Below, in pieces: positions 37,008 to 47,194 of a stretch of 64,000 nucleotides of DNA. A model generated the notes under the pieces. It was not told the DNA's origin, did not search any database, and saw nothing but the letters and a program-made list of their open reading frames with translations. Every line of letters starts with the position of its first letter. Within the stretch, counting starts at the first letter, position 1. The DNA is from a virus. The translations under genes and the position numbers were made by a program. Location of the stretch: positions 77,780 through 141,779 of the IMG/VR virus record IMGVR_UViG_3300045988_103014; one strand, 5' to 3'.

Positions 37008-40000
37008 TTATGAAGTAACGATAATGTTATGGTCTACAGCTTCACTTAACTGGAAGTTTACGCTTTGACCACTCTTACCGAATGTCAGACTTGAGAAGTA
37101 GCTCTGTCGGTCAGCAGTACAATAAATATCTAAGTGCTGAAGTGCCTTATCATTATTGTTTTCAACAACATTAGTGTCAACAAATGTTAATTGAGATGGG
37201 TCACCAGGACCTCCAATCGTCAATTTATTCATTTGACCTTTAGTATAAGAGAATACTGAAGTACCTAATCTCTTAATACCGCCTCCAAGAGTAAGATTAA
37301 AACTGGTCTGACCTGTTGGATTAGCTAATGCTTGGTTAAATGCATTGTCTTGAATACGATAAACCTTACCACCAATGGCTGTTACAACCAATGATGAACA
37401 TCTGGTAAAGCAACTTGCATCTAAAGTTCTTAAAGACTCAGGGAAGTCAACATGCTTCAAACGAGTACAACCTTGGAAGGCTGACATTCTAATAGCACGA
37501 ATTCGACAGTCATTTAACTCATCATGTACAAAATATACATGAGTAACATCACTCTGGTTTACAAATCCTTCATAAGCAACGCCTAAAACAGATTTTCCAC
37601 CATGAGCAACTGGTAAAGTAACTTTACCACTTAATTTAACTCCTGGTTTAACCTGAATTTCAAAACCATCCTCGTTGTAACTTGGATTGTCTGTATCTTC
37701 ATAGTAAGTAGGAACAAACTCAAAGTACTTATCATCTGTAGCGGCATCATATACAGATTCTTTTACGAATACTGCATAGAAAGTGTTGTCTACAGTAGCC
37801 TGAATTGAAGCCACGTTTACTGTCTTAGCCTTGCTTGCGCTTGCGGCTAATACTGCGTTTCTATCCTGCGTCCAACCTAAGAATCTATATCTTTCATCAT
37901 CTTCAAGTGAAGACTCATCAAGACTAGGAACGATATTTGGAACAGGGATGAAGTCTCCGAAAAGAACTCCTTCACGAGCAACCTCAGTAAAGTTGCCAGC
38001 CATACCGCTCATGAACTTCATTTGGAATTCATGTCGAGTAAATACAGCATAGAAAACATAATCGTGAACTGTTGTATCAGTAACCTTAGTAGCGTCGCTT
38101 GTATTCCAATCACCTTCTGTAATAATACCACTATCATCATTAGTTGTTGACCAACCATGGAAATCGTAGTTATCTCTCTTAGCCTCATACTTAGCATAAG
38201 GATTTAAGAAACGATTTCTCGTACTAATTGAAGAAGAAGGTAATACCTGCTTATCAATAATAGTATAAGTTCCATCTGGCTCAAGCTGCATGAATGTAGC
38301 TGTATAACCAGGATTTACGTTCTTGAAGTGGATATCAAGTTTAGCACCAGGAATAGCACTATCTGCTAATAATGTGTTACGAATTGTATCTTCATCAACA
38401 GCTGTGTCGTTATCTACATAAACACTACCTGTTAAAGTAGGTACTGAAAGACCAGTAGAAGTAGTGTTCTTAAACTGTGCATCTGCAATAAAGTCAAGTA
38501 ACATCTGGATGTCAGTAATCTTGTGAGAATCTGCCTCTAACTCTGGTAAGTAATCATAAACCTCACCATTTAAGATGTCTGTCTGCCAGTTCGAATCTGC
38601 TCCAGTGTACTTCTTAAATCCGTAGTGACCATCATCTGTATAATACTGATGATTGTTGATTTTCATCACACCTGGGTCAAGTTTCTTATAAGGTGACCAT
38701 TCTACGTCAGTAAGTGATAACTTCAAGTCTTTCTGACCTGCACTCTCACCGAACTTGAAGATTTTATACAACTTGTTAACCAAGTCATATGAACCGTAGC
38801 CTAAGCTACCCCCAGCTAATTCTAACTGAGCCAAGTTACATGAAGTAGTATTAGGAACAACCTCTTTCACATTTGTAAGACCTTCAATATACAATCCCTT
38901 TCTTGCAACCCATTCACCAGTAGCTGGGTAATAAGTTGAATAATAAGTATTTGTCTCTGGGTCTTCATATGGTGTAGTAGATTCATCTTTTCTTGCCTTA
39001 GCTGCAGCAACCATTGCAGGCATATCGAAATCAAGAACTGTGTCAAGATTTGCGGCTTCAACTAACTTAAGTCCTTGTAATGAACTTGGCAAGTATAATG
39101 TATCAAGTGCAACACCATCTGCGAACTTAACAGATAAAATATTAGAACGTACAGCCTTAAATACTTGCAACTTTTCAGAAGAAGTAAAGTCGTAGTTCAA
39201 AATACCAGTAGTATCAAGTTCTAGGCCCGACATGTTAACTTCCTTAAGCAATGGCTTACCCATAACTGAGTTAGTTGTTGAGTCGAAGTCAGGTGACTTC
39301 AAGCCTTTGTTGAAGAAGAATGGATGGTCATTACCAAGTAACAGCTTAGAAACATGTGGACAGTTCTTAGCGTAAAACTCAGTCCAATATAATCTACTGA
39401 TATCACCGATACTCTCAAGAGTATCTGCACCATATAAGTAAATCAATGACTCTGATAAGTTAGGAGAGTTCATGATACCTTGCTTCTGAGCTTCTGGCAA
39501 TTCGTAACGAACTATTGTTCCAGTATACTCTTTTGAAGGCAAGGCGTTAACGTCTACACCTAAAGTAACATATGATTTCTGATATGGCTTTAAGTCTACC
39601 CAGAACTCTGCGTCTAAGTAGTTGGATTTAATTCTATTACCTTGCTCATCCAACTTACCATCAGGTGTGTAGTATGGAACTACATCAAAATCAGGAGCTG
39701 AAGAATCCGCAATAGCAATCCAGTGGTCGGAGAATTTATCTTTCTTATTGGCACCGATACGACCATGAATTTCAGTACCATCACCACGAGCATAGTTACC
39801 TTGTGAGAACCAAGAGTCAATGAAGTTCAAACGTCTAGCAAGGAACTGCTGTCTTGAAAGACTTCTGTTACCCTGTAATGCATAGAAGTAAGTACCATTA
39901 TCATCAACGCTTACGCCGCCACCCTGGTTCTGATAACCGATTAAGTTGTTACAAATACTTAAATACTTGAACTGCTCATCCATATTAAACATACACAGAG

Positions 40001-43000
40001 GTCTGTCGCCACGCATCTGAATTTCGCCAGTTTCATCAGGATTTGCCAAGTACCACTTCTCAATGTGGTCTACATTGTAAAGAGGACCCTTTCCTTTGTA
40101 ACGACTATTCTGCATTTCGTGTCTAAGCTCTTTATATTTACCTTCAATTAACTCACGGAAACACTCAAATAAGTTATTCCATAAGACACTATCTGAAGTA
40201 GAGAATGTACCGTCGATAGTTGCGTTCTCTGAGTAATCGAATGAAGGAATACCTGTATTGTTGATACCCAACTGAGTATCCATATCGTAGAAAATTGGAT
40301 ACCAGATATATTCTCCACCTTCCTTTTGAGGACCCCAAGAGGCCATCATACAGTTCTTACCACGAGAGTCGTAGCAAAGAAGAACTTCGGTAATGATGAA
40401 GTATACTAAACAGTACTCTAAGTCAAAGTGTTCAGTGAACTCTTTTGTAAACTTAGCTTTTCTGTATTCTCTGGTTTCATATTCATATTTAATGCCATCG
40501 TAGTCAATTACTTTTGGAACGCCGATATATACGCCCTCAGATAGAACAGTGTTTCCACTTTCTTCATCAACTACTGTTGGAACAGTTCCCTTAATCTCAT
40601 CTTCGTACTCATCATAGTAAGTTTTTGAAGCGTCATAAGACTGTCCTGCGGCTGATACATAATCCATAATCTTGCGGGCTGGCTTACCAGCAAGTCTCTC
40701 AGCCTCTGTAGGTACTGCGTCTAAACAAGTAGACCATACCCACTGATTTGCTTTCTCCCAGTTACCCATAATTTTGAATAACTCTTTTGAACGGAAATCT
40801 GTACTTGCTAAATCAATAGCAGAGTAATCAGCAAGCAAATCTTCATAAACGTCTGCATTAGTTACAGGGTCGTAAATGTAATCTAAGAAGTCGCCATCTT
40901 TACTGTAACGATACTCATAAGAGTCTGCTACGAATGGACAAGAATTCTTTGAGTTCATTTCACGAACTTTCTTTGTAACTTGAGTTGCAACGCCATCAAC
41001 TTCTTCTGTAACGGTTTTATCAACCCACATATCGAAGCTCAATTTATGTCTTCCAAGAGGGTCACGGAATGAGCAATATCCACGAGCGTTATCTGAGAAC
41101 TCCCAGCACTCTGCGAACTTACTAGCTACGGTTTCAACACCAGCTTTTACCTTACCCCACTTAGCACTAATCTTTTTGCTTGACTTGAAGCAATAAGTTT
41201 CATCAGAACCCTTATCAGTAAGCATGTTATAACGTCCAATGAACTGATAATCATTATCTGTTTCACCATACTTCCAGAATGCCATAACAGGGAAACCTTG
41301 AACGTTTGTTCTTAGGTCTTTGGTGTTATCGAACTTATAAGGCTTATACTCTGGGATATAATACTTATTAGGCTCGTAAGGCTTTTCTTCTGTAAAGGAT
41401 GCCTTCTTATACTCGTCCTTTTCTGCATTATAAGTATAATAAGTCATATTCTTTGTATCTGCTGTTGGAGTAGTACAAATCTTATAACTCAACTTATTGA
41501 ATGCTCCAGCCTCATTATAGTCATCGATTGGATGCTTTGTATAAGAGCTGTGAACAAGGTTTGCAAGACCCATGTTGTATGTACCAGAAGACTCCATAAA
41601 GTCAATCTTCATAGTAAACTTTGTAGTACCAACAGAGTAATTGTTGTAGTAGAAGAAGTCTAAGTGACACTTCTCTAACGCATCTGCGTCACCAGCAATA
41701 CCTGCAGCGAACAACTCCTTAAAAGGACCCTGGTTCATATACATTAAGATTGTTTCGTTACCCTCATTATCAAGTCCCTTAGTCTTTGCCTTGTAGTTAC
41801 GTCTTGGGTAGAACTCGGAAGAAGTACCCTGAACGGCAAGGTTAACACCTCTATGAATACTTGTAAATGATGGACAGTGATGCTTGTAATAATACTGAGC
41901 GAAAGTTAAACCTTCTTTAGTAGCCTCAGATTTCTGGGCTTCGTTCATTGCGTTACCCCAGTCTTCCAAGTTACCATTCTTTGCGGCTTGGTCAAGAGTA
42001 GGGTTTACAAATGTAAATCCAACTGTCTTCTTATCCGCCTTAGAATAAGGAAGTTTTGTATCTCTGCTACCAGTATCAAAGATTACATAAGGCATCAATA
42101 ATGAATCCACGTGCTCAAGGTCATCGTTCCAATCTCTTACCGCCTTATAATTCAACTGATATTCACGAGTATCCTGATTATAAGAAATCAATTGAGTTGT
42201 ATGGTCATAATCAAGAACGCTAGCATGGTCAACTGAATAGTTGATAAGAATATCACGCATTGACAATGGAGCTGTGTAAATTCTGAACTTGTACAAGTCT
42301 ACATCACAGTATTCAGAGTTGAATATTACTGCTGGACTCTTGATTTCAAGAGGACCATCATCTGTGATTTTACCTACTGCAGTAAGTACGCCCTGTAAGT
42401 ACATATACAATCTATGGTCATTGTAGTTGAATACGATGGTTAAATTCATCATCTGGTCTTCAACATACTTTACATTCAATGTGTTCTGTGCACTTGAGAA
42501 GAATCCGTCCTGAGGTCCTAAACAGAAACCACGCTTGTTAGTATCGTAGTATCTACAGAATGGTGTATCACCAGAAACCAAACGAGTAATATCTGAGAAA
42601 GCCTCAGAAATATCATCGTAAGTAATAGGTGAACCAGGCTTAGATAATTCGGTACGTAAGAAGTTATCGTAGTTATCGAATCCCTTAGGGTCATTCATCT
42701 GTGCAACGAACTTATTCCAGTACTCTTGGTCGTTTGCATAACGAGTATACTCACGAATTAAGTTCTGGTAGTTCTGAACATTTCTAATCTTAAATTGGAA
42801 CTCAAATGTACAAGACTGCTGCTTTGCGTTTTGTGGATTGTTCAAAATCATATTTCCAATAGGGAATGAAACTGAAGCACCATTACTAACTCTTAAGCAA
42901 GTATCATTGTTATCATCAAGAATCCAACCATTGTTATACCAGTTAAAGCCTGTAAATGTTGCACTGAAAGGTTGAACATCAGGCATATCCTCGTTGTGGT

Positions 43001-44435
43001 AAGACCAAGAAGCTCTCTTTGACTCAGGCTCATTGTTTGAACGACCAGCAGCGTCAAATGACAATAACAACTGAGTTTCTTCAACAAGACTTAAATCACG
43101 AGTAGGGTCTTTTGCAACTGAGAACTTAATATCACGAGAAACGTACTTAATATCGCCCTCTTCAGGGTTCTTCTTCATAACACGAAGTGAGTAGCTATTC
43201 TCGATATCCAAAGTAGCATCTGTAATCTGCCAAATAGAGAATTTGGTAGCACCAGTATTCTCTAAACGAGAACCGATTTCTGCAATACCTTTAACGAAGA
43301 TAACTTCCTTATCTCCTCCATCTGGGTCGTACACTCTATATGGGATTTTAATAGGGTCATAACTAAAATATTCAGAATCATAATTACCCAACCAAATGAT
43401 AGGGTCTGTGCCGCCGTTATTTACAGCAACTTCAAATTCAAGTGGCTCTTTAACACCAACTCCACGGTCTCCATCAATACTTTGTGAAAGATTAACTCCA
43501 ATAGTATGATAACCATGAGACACGTTCTTGAATGTACATTTTTGCTCACCAGTTGCGCTCTTGGTTAAGTTCTGAGATTCAACCAAAACTCCATCTAAGT
43601 AGAAGTCAAGGATTTTCTCAACATTACCAGATACGTTACAATAGTAAGTAAAAGTACCATTCTGAGGTGATACATTTGAGAATTTCTCACTTTCATACAA
43701 TAGTAATTCTACAGTTGTAACTTCATATGTGATAGTTCTACTTTTACCACTGTTTACGCCGGTTGCATATAGTGAAAGAGTGGAACCAGTAGATTCACGT
43801 AAACGAGAACCAAATTCAAACTCTTTTTCTACATTGTTTGTAACTTTAAATGTACCTGAGTCGTAAACAACTCCAGTAGCAGTAACACTTAAAGACCAGC
43901 TAATAGTCAATTCACCTTCATCCATGTATGAACCATCTGAGTAGGTTGCTGATGTTACAGTGAAGTTTGCGGCCATCTTCTGACCATTAACTAAGCTTAC
44001 GGTTGGAAGTGCTTTACCTTTAATGGCAATAGCCTTACCCGCGGTTGTACCACCGCCACCGCCGCCAGTTCCACTAACAGCAATAATCATACAAAGCATT
44101 GTCTGCTCTTCTGCGTTCACTTCTAAGATACGGAAAAAGGTGCCGTCAGAATTGATAATCAAACCGTCAACCTGAGGTAGCATATCTTCTGACTCTAAAT
44201 CATCGAAGCTCAAAGTATATGTACCATATTCGTCTGGCTCTAAGTCCTCAGCCTCTGCATAGATAAATGGTGAACCACTGCCGCCGACAGAAACACGCTT
44301 ACCATTTGCATCCATATACATTTTACCTGTATCTGTTGCAATAAGAAGTGCTCCTTCAACAACATTGAGTTTCAATAAATCTTGCTCAGCTCCACGAATA
44401 GGTTTTAATGAGACATTAGTTTTTTGACTATTCAA
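37008..44435 (-). CDS. Giant (2475 aa) tail fibre / receptor-binding protein with HylP-like N-terminal anchor, Gly7 linker and a central CotH-like region
   Basis: TTG start at 44435 with SD AAGGAG 8 nt upstream and no in-frame ATG nearby. N-terminus ...LKPIRGAEQDLLKLNVVEGALLIATDTGKMYMDANGKRVSVGG. GTGGGGGGTTAGK linker. Region around nt 40323-40380 encodes CYDSRGKNCMMASWGPQKE...IWYPIFYDMDTQLG. Confidence 0.7.
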   Translation of the reverse strand: MNSQKTNVSLKPIRGAEQDLLKLNVVEGALLIATDTGKMYMDANGKRVSVGGSGSPFIYAEAEDLEPDEYGTYTLSFDDLESEDMLPQVDGLIINSDGTFFRILEVNAEEQTMLCMIIAVSGTGGGGGGTTAGKAIAIKGKALPTVSLVNGQKMAANFTVTSATYSDGSYMDEGELTISWSLSVTATGVVYDSGTFKVTNNVEKEFEFGSRLRESTGSTLSLYATGVNSGKSRTITYEVTTVELLLYESEKFSNVSPQNGTFTYYCNVSGNVEKILDFYLDGVLVESQNLTKSATGEQKCTFKNVSHGYHTIGVNLSQSIDGDRGVGVKEPLEFEVAVNNGGTDPIIWLGNYDSEYFSYDPIKIPYRVYDPDGGDKEVIFVKGIAEIGSRLENTGATKFSIWQITDATLDIENSYSLRVMKKNPEEGDIKYVSRDIKFSVAKDPTRDLSLVEETQLLLSFDAAGRSNNEPESKRASWSYHNEDMPDVQPFSATFTGFNWYNNGWILDDNNDTCLRVSNGASVSFPIGNMILNNPQNAKQQSCTFEFQFKIRNVQNYQNLIREYTRYANDQEYWNKFVAQMNDPKGFDNYDNFLRTELSKPGSPITYDDISEAFSDITRLVSGDTPFCRYYDTNKRGFCLGPQDGFFSSAQNTLNVKYVEDQMMNLTIVFNYNDHRLYMYLQGVLTAVGKITDDGPLEIKSPAVIFNSEYCDVDLYKFRIYTAPLSMRDILINYSVDHASVLDYDHTTQLISYNQDTREYQLNYKAVRDWNDDLEHVDSLLMPYVIFDTGSRDTKLPYSKADKKTVGFTFVNPTLDQAAKNGNLEDWGNAMNEAQKSEATKEGLTFAQYYYKHHCPSFTSIHRGVNLAVQGTSSEFYPRRNYKAKTKGLDNEGNETILMYMNQGPFKELFAAGIAGDADALEKCHLDFFYYNNYSVGTTKFTMKIDFMESSGTYNMGLANLVHSSYTKHPIDDYNEAGAFNKLSYKICTTPTADTKNMTYYTYNAEKDEYKKASFTEEKPYEPNKYYIPEYKPYKFDNTKDLRTNVQGFPVMAFWKYGETDNDYQFIGRYNMLTDKGSDETYCFKSSKKISAKWGKVKAGVETVASKFAECWEFSDNARGYCSFRDPLGRHKLSFDMWVDKTVTEEVDGVATQVTKKVREMNSKNSCPFVADSYEYRYSKDGDFLDYIYDPVTNADVYEDLLADYSAIDLASTDFRSKELFKIMGNWEKANQWVWSTCLDAVPTEAERLAGKPARKIMDYVSAAGQSYDASKTYYDEYEDEIKGTVPTVVDEESGNTVLSEGVYIGVPKVIDYDGIKYEYETREYRKAKFTKEFTEHFDLEYCLVYFIITEVLLCYDSRGKNCMMASWGPQKEGGEYIWYPIFYDMDTQLGINNTGIPSFDYSENATIDGTFSTSDSVLWNNLFECFRELIEGKYKELRHEMQNSRYKGKGPLYNVDHIEKWYLANPDETGEIQMRGDRPLCMFNMDEQFKYLSICNNLIGYQNQGGGVSVDDNGTYFYALQGNRSLSRQQFLARRLNFIDSWFSQGNYARGDGTEIHGRIGANKKDKFSDHWIAIADSSAPDFDVVPYYTPDGKLDEQGNRIKSNYLDAEFWVDLKPYQKSYVTLGVDVNALPSKEYTGTIVRYELPEAQKQGIMNSPNLSESLIYLYGADTLESIGDISRLYWTEFYAKNCPHVSKLLLGNDHPFFFNKGLKSPDFDSTTNSVMGKPLLKEVNMSGLELDTTGILNYDFTSSEKLQVFKAVRSNILSVKFADGVALDTLYLPSSLQGLKLVEAANLDTVLDFDMPAMVAAAKARKDESTTPYEDPETNTYYSTYYPATGEWVARKGLYIEGLTNVKEVVPNTTSCNLAQLELAGGSLGYGSYDLVNKLYKIFKFGESAGQKDLKLSLTDVEWSPYKKLDPGVMKINNHQYYTDDGHYGFKKYTGADSNWQTDILNGEVYDYLPELEADSHKITDIQMLLDFIADAQFKNTTSTGLSVPTLTGSVYVDNDTAVDEDTIRNTLLADSAIPGAKLDIHFKNVNPGYTATFMQLEPDGTYTIIDKQVLPSSSISTRNRFLNPYAKYEAKRDNYDFHGWSTTNDDSGIITEGDWNTSDATKVTDTTVHDYVFYAVFTRHEFQMKFMSGMAGNFTEVAREGVLFGDFIPVPNIVPSLDESSLEDDERYRFLGWTQDRNAVLAASASKAKTVNVASIQATVDNTFYAVFVKESVYDAATDDKYFEFVPTYYEDTDNPSYNEDGFEIQVKPGVKLSGKVTLPVAHGGKSVLGVAYEGFVNQSDVTHVYFVHDELNDCRIRAIRMSAFQGCTRLKHVDFPESLRTLDASCFTRCSSLVVTAIGGKVYRIQDNAFNQALANPTGQTSFNLTLGGGIKRLGTSVFSYTKGQMNKLTIGGPGDPSQLTFVDTNVVENNNDKALQHLDIYCTADRQSYFSSLTFGKSGQSVNFQLSEAVDHNIIVTS

Positions 44436-44461
44436 TGTGTTTACTCCTTTCTATCTTTTCT

Positions 44462-44504
44462 GAAATGAAAAAAACGGGAAGAAGAGGCAATTCTCTCCTT
44501 CCCG
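44462..44504 (-). terminator. Rho-independent terminator after the 590-aa gene, only about 30 nt upstream of the RBS of the 2475-aa gene
   Basis: CGGGAAGAAGAGGCAATTCTCTCCTTCCCG (imperfect stem) followed by a U7 run on the minus strand. Confidence 0.65.
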
Positions 44505-44562
44505 ATAAATTTCCTCTATACTAGAGTAAAAACTATAATAAGCTATTTAATAGCCTTTGTCC

Positions 44563-46335
44563 TTATGCAGGGTCAAAAGAACCCCAAACCATATCAACAG
44601 CTACGCTTGTACTCTTACCATCACTACTGTTAGTAGTATTTACCTGTAAAGAGTTGGAAGCAATAGCAAATACTGCATTCGCAGAAGTGGTTTGTCCTTT
44701 TGCAGTGGCAAAACCAATTGTGCTAGTAACTGTTGCAACAGTTTTTGCATTATTAGTGGTACCAACAACCTTAGTACCGTCTTGGTCCATGTGACCATTA
44801 GTGTCTGTTAATTTATACTTCTTAACATTAACACCCTTAATATGTCCTGCGGCATCACGGATAATTGATTCAACAACTTGAATCTGTAAATCGCTGCCTT
44901 GCTGCTGTTCAACATAATCATTGGACTGAGTATAATTATAAGCAGTTGTGTCGCCTTTGGCAGTGTTTGCTGTTTTAGCAGTGCCATCCAAGTGAGCATG
45001 CGTAATTGTAACCTTTGCTGTTGTAGAGCCAGCTGGGTCTGCTGCGGCAGATACGGAAATATTGTCATCTCCTGCGAATGTCACTATACCAGCATCTTGT
45101 CCAGTACTACCCTGAATAGTAAAGCCAGTGGCATTTGGAACAACTGTATAATGAGTATCAGTCTGAGCGTCATCTCCAGAAGGAACTACATCAATAGTTA
45201 AAGTGGTAGGGTCAATCTTACCAGTATTAGGGATTTCAGTACCGTTAATAATAAACATATCACCCTTTTTACCAGTGTAAGTTGTACCCTTACTATTGGT
45301 ATATTCATAAGTTGCACCAGCAATTAAGAATGTATCACCAAGTTCCAACTGAGTAACAATTGTACTCAAAGATGTAACAGAGCCACCAGTACCAAGAGTA
45401 CCACGATATCTCATCGCATCCAAAGTCTTCATCTTAGTATCAATTTCAGTCTTTGAATATACTGGTAAAGTAACTGTACCATTGACAATCTTAGCTGTTT
45501 CGTAAAATGCCTGTTCTCCACCAACTTGGAAAATAGGATTTAATTGTGCAGTACCTTCATGACCTGCACTATCCTTAACAGTTACATATAAACCTTCTTT
45601 ATTTGTGCTGGTATCTTCAGCATTGGCGCCGTTACCTGCGGACACGCTCTCAAGAATAGTATCTTTTACGCTTAGCTCCAATGTATCATTGGCAGATTTA
45701 CGCATTGAAAGATTACCATCTTTAGATTTAATCTTAAATGAGCTATCATTGTCAGTGTTCTCTGAAGTTAAAGAAATAGTTGCTTCTTTAGTATCAGAAT
45801 CATATCCGACTCCTAGTTCATAAGTGTCACCTGTGATAGTAACATCTTTACCAGAACTAGTTACCTCAAGACCATTCGCACCCTTAATAGTAAATGTGTC
45901 ATCATAAGATGCGCCGCCGGTACCAGTAACCTTATCAATTTCTGTAATAGTATACTTAATAGATGCTGTATTATCTGTTACGGTAACATCATATTTTACA
46001 TTACTAATCGCAGTATTCGTATTAGGGTTAATCTGTACCCATTTTTGACCATTGAATACACATAAGATATTCTTGTCTTTATCTGAGCCATCTACATAGT
46101 AGAACTGACCTGTGTGCTGACGTTTCTGCTCATTGGTGCTTACCTCTGGTAACTGTCCAAGGTTATTAACGATTGTAATACCTTCATTGACAGGAACCGC
46201 ATCGCCATTTGCAATACCAACATACAATCTGTGACTATCGCTAGTCATATAGAAGGTTCCATCAGTGGCGGTCTTGCTTGTTCTTAACGCATCTAGATTG
46301 CTCTGTAGACCACGCTTAAATAAAACATTAGCCAT
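44563..46335 (-). CDS. Tail fibre protein with HylP-like N-terminal anchor
   Basis: 590 aa. SD GGAGGA. N-terminus MANVLFKRGLQSNLDALRTSKTATDGTFYMTSDSHRLYVGIANGD. Thr/Gly-rich beta sequence. Confidence 0.65.
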   Translation of the reverse strand: MANVLFKRGLQSNLDALRTSKTATDGTFYMTSDSHRLYVGIANGDAVPVNEGITIVNNLGQLPEVSTNEQKRQHTGQFYYVDGSDKDKNILCVFNGQKWVQINPNTNTAISNVKYDVTVTDNTASIKYTITEIDKVTGTGGASYDDTFTIKGANGLEVTSSGKDVTITGDTYELGVGYDSDTKEATISLTSENTDNDSSFKIKSKDGNLSMRKSANDTLELSVKDTILESVSAGNGANAEDTSTNKEGLYVTVKDSAGHEGTAQLNPIFQVGGEQAFYETAKIVNGTVTLPVYSKTEIDTKMKTLDAMRYRGTLGTGGSVTSLSTIVTQLELGDTFLIAGATYEYTNSKGTTYTGKKGDMFIINGTEIPNTGKIDPTTLTIDVVPSGDDAQTDTHYTVVPNATGFTIQGSTGQDAGIVTFAGDDNISVSAAADPAGSTTAKVTITHAHLDGTAKTANTAKGDTTAYNYTQSNDYVEQQQGSDLQIQVVESIIRDAAGHIKGVNVKKYKLTDTNGHMDQDGTKVVGTTNNAKTVATVTSTIGFATAKGQTTSANAVFAIASNSLQVNTTNSSDGKSTSVAVDMVWGSFDPA

Positions 46336-46341
46336 GTATTA

Positions 46342-47145
46342 TTATCCTCCTATCTCGTCGAGTGTTACTGGATTGTATTCTACTCCAGTGGCTTCATTGA
46401 TTTCATGCCATACTAATCTTTCATAAATATTAGTAAGTTCTGTCTTCACGTCTTTCATAGCAAATTCAAGATTTCCTACTCGAGTTTCAAGACCTGGCTG
46501 ATAATCTCCACCATCTAAGGAGCCTGTGTCGAACACTGTACCTTCAATAGTGTTCAATCTCTTGTTAAAATCGGTAAAGTCAGGATTCTTTTCGAACCAA
46601 TCCATTAAATCCTTAAAGTCATCCATACTACCGACGTAATCTTCAAATACACTCTCTGCAATTTCTCTTGCAGACATTCCATCGTCGTCACCAACAATAG
46701 TCTGTACAACAGCAGTTAAGTCATATAGACCTGAACTCCATGTACCATTACCCAAAAGAACGAAGTCCTCTTGGCCTGCTAATGGAACTGGTACTAAACC
46801 AGATTTTCCATCATCTTCATCGGTGGCTCCGACCATCACAGGAGCGATAAGTGCTGCAATATCTGCAAGTGTCTTATCAACCCATTTATCCTGTTCAGCG
46901 TCATACATTAAAACTGAATTGGCTGCAACATTATTGGATAAAAGAACATCTGTCAAATCGCCTAAAGAAGTGACTGAAATATTACTTGAGCCACCGGCAA
47001 TAATTTTAGTTCCTAAATATAGAATACCTCTATCGGCATCATTTTCAGAAATAAAATATAATGTGTCGGGGTCTTTGTGCTGAAGGTTTTCATACGCGGT
47101 TGGAGTACCACGCGTAAATCGTACATAATTAGGTACTGTAGCCAT
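46342..47145 (-). CDS. Short tail-fibre-like protein with HylP-like N-terminal anchor
   Basis: 267 aa. SD GGAGGG. N-terminus MATVPNYVRFTRGTPTAYENLQHKDPDTLYFISENDADRGILYLG. Confidence 0.6.
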   Translation of the reverse strand: MATVPNYVRFTRGTPTAYENLQHKDPDTLYFISENDADRGILYLGTKIIAGGSSNISVTSLGDLTDVLLSNNVAANSVLMYDAEQDKWVDKTLADIAALIAPVMVGATDEDDGKSGLVPVPLAGQEDFVLLGNGTWSSGLYDLTAVVQTIVGDDDGMSAREIAESVFEDYVGSMDDFKDLMDWFEKNPDFTDFNKRLNTIEGTVFDTGSLDGGDYQPGLETRVGNLEFAMKDVKTELTNIYERLVWHEINEATGVEYNPVTLDEIGG

Positions 47146-47194
47146 AATTTATTACCCTCCTTCATTTCACTCCTATAGATTCTTTAAGTTTAGG

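Noticed and set aside
27920-47145. A diversity-generating retroelement targeting the Mtd-like / HylP-like fibres
   Set aside because: There is no reverse transcriptase ORF anywhere in the window. The internal repeats differ at all base types rather than showing adenine-specific variation, and they are not near the 3' ends of the genes.
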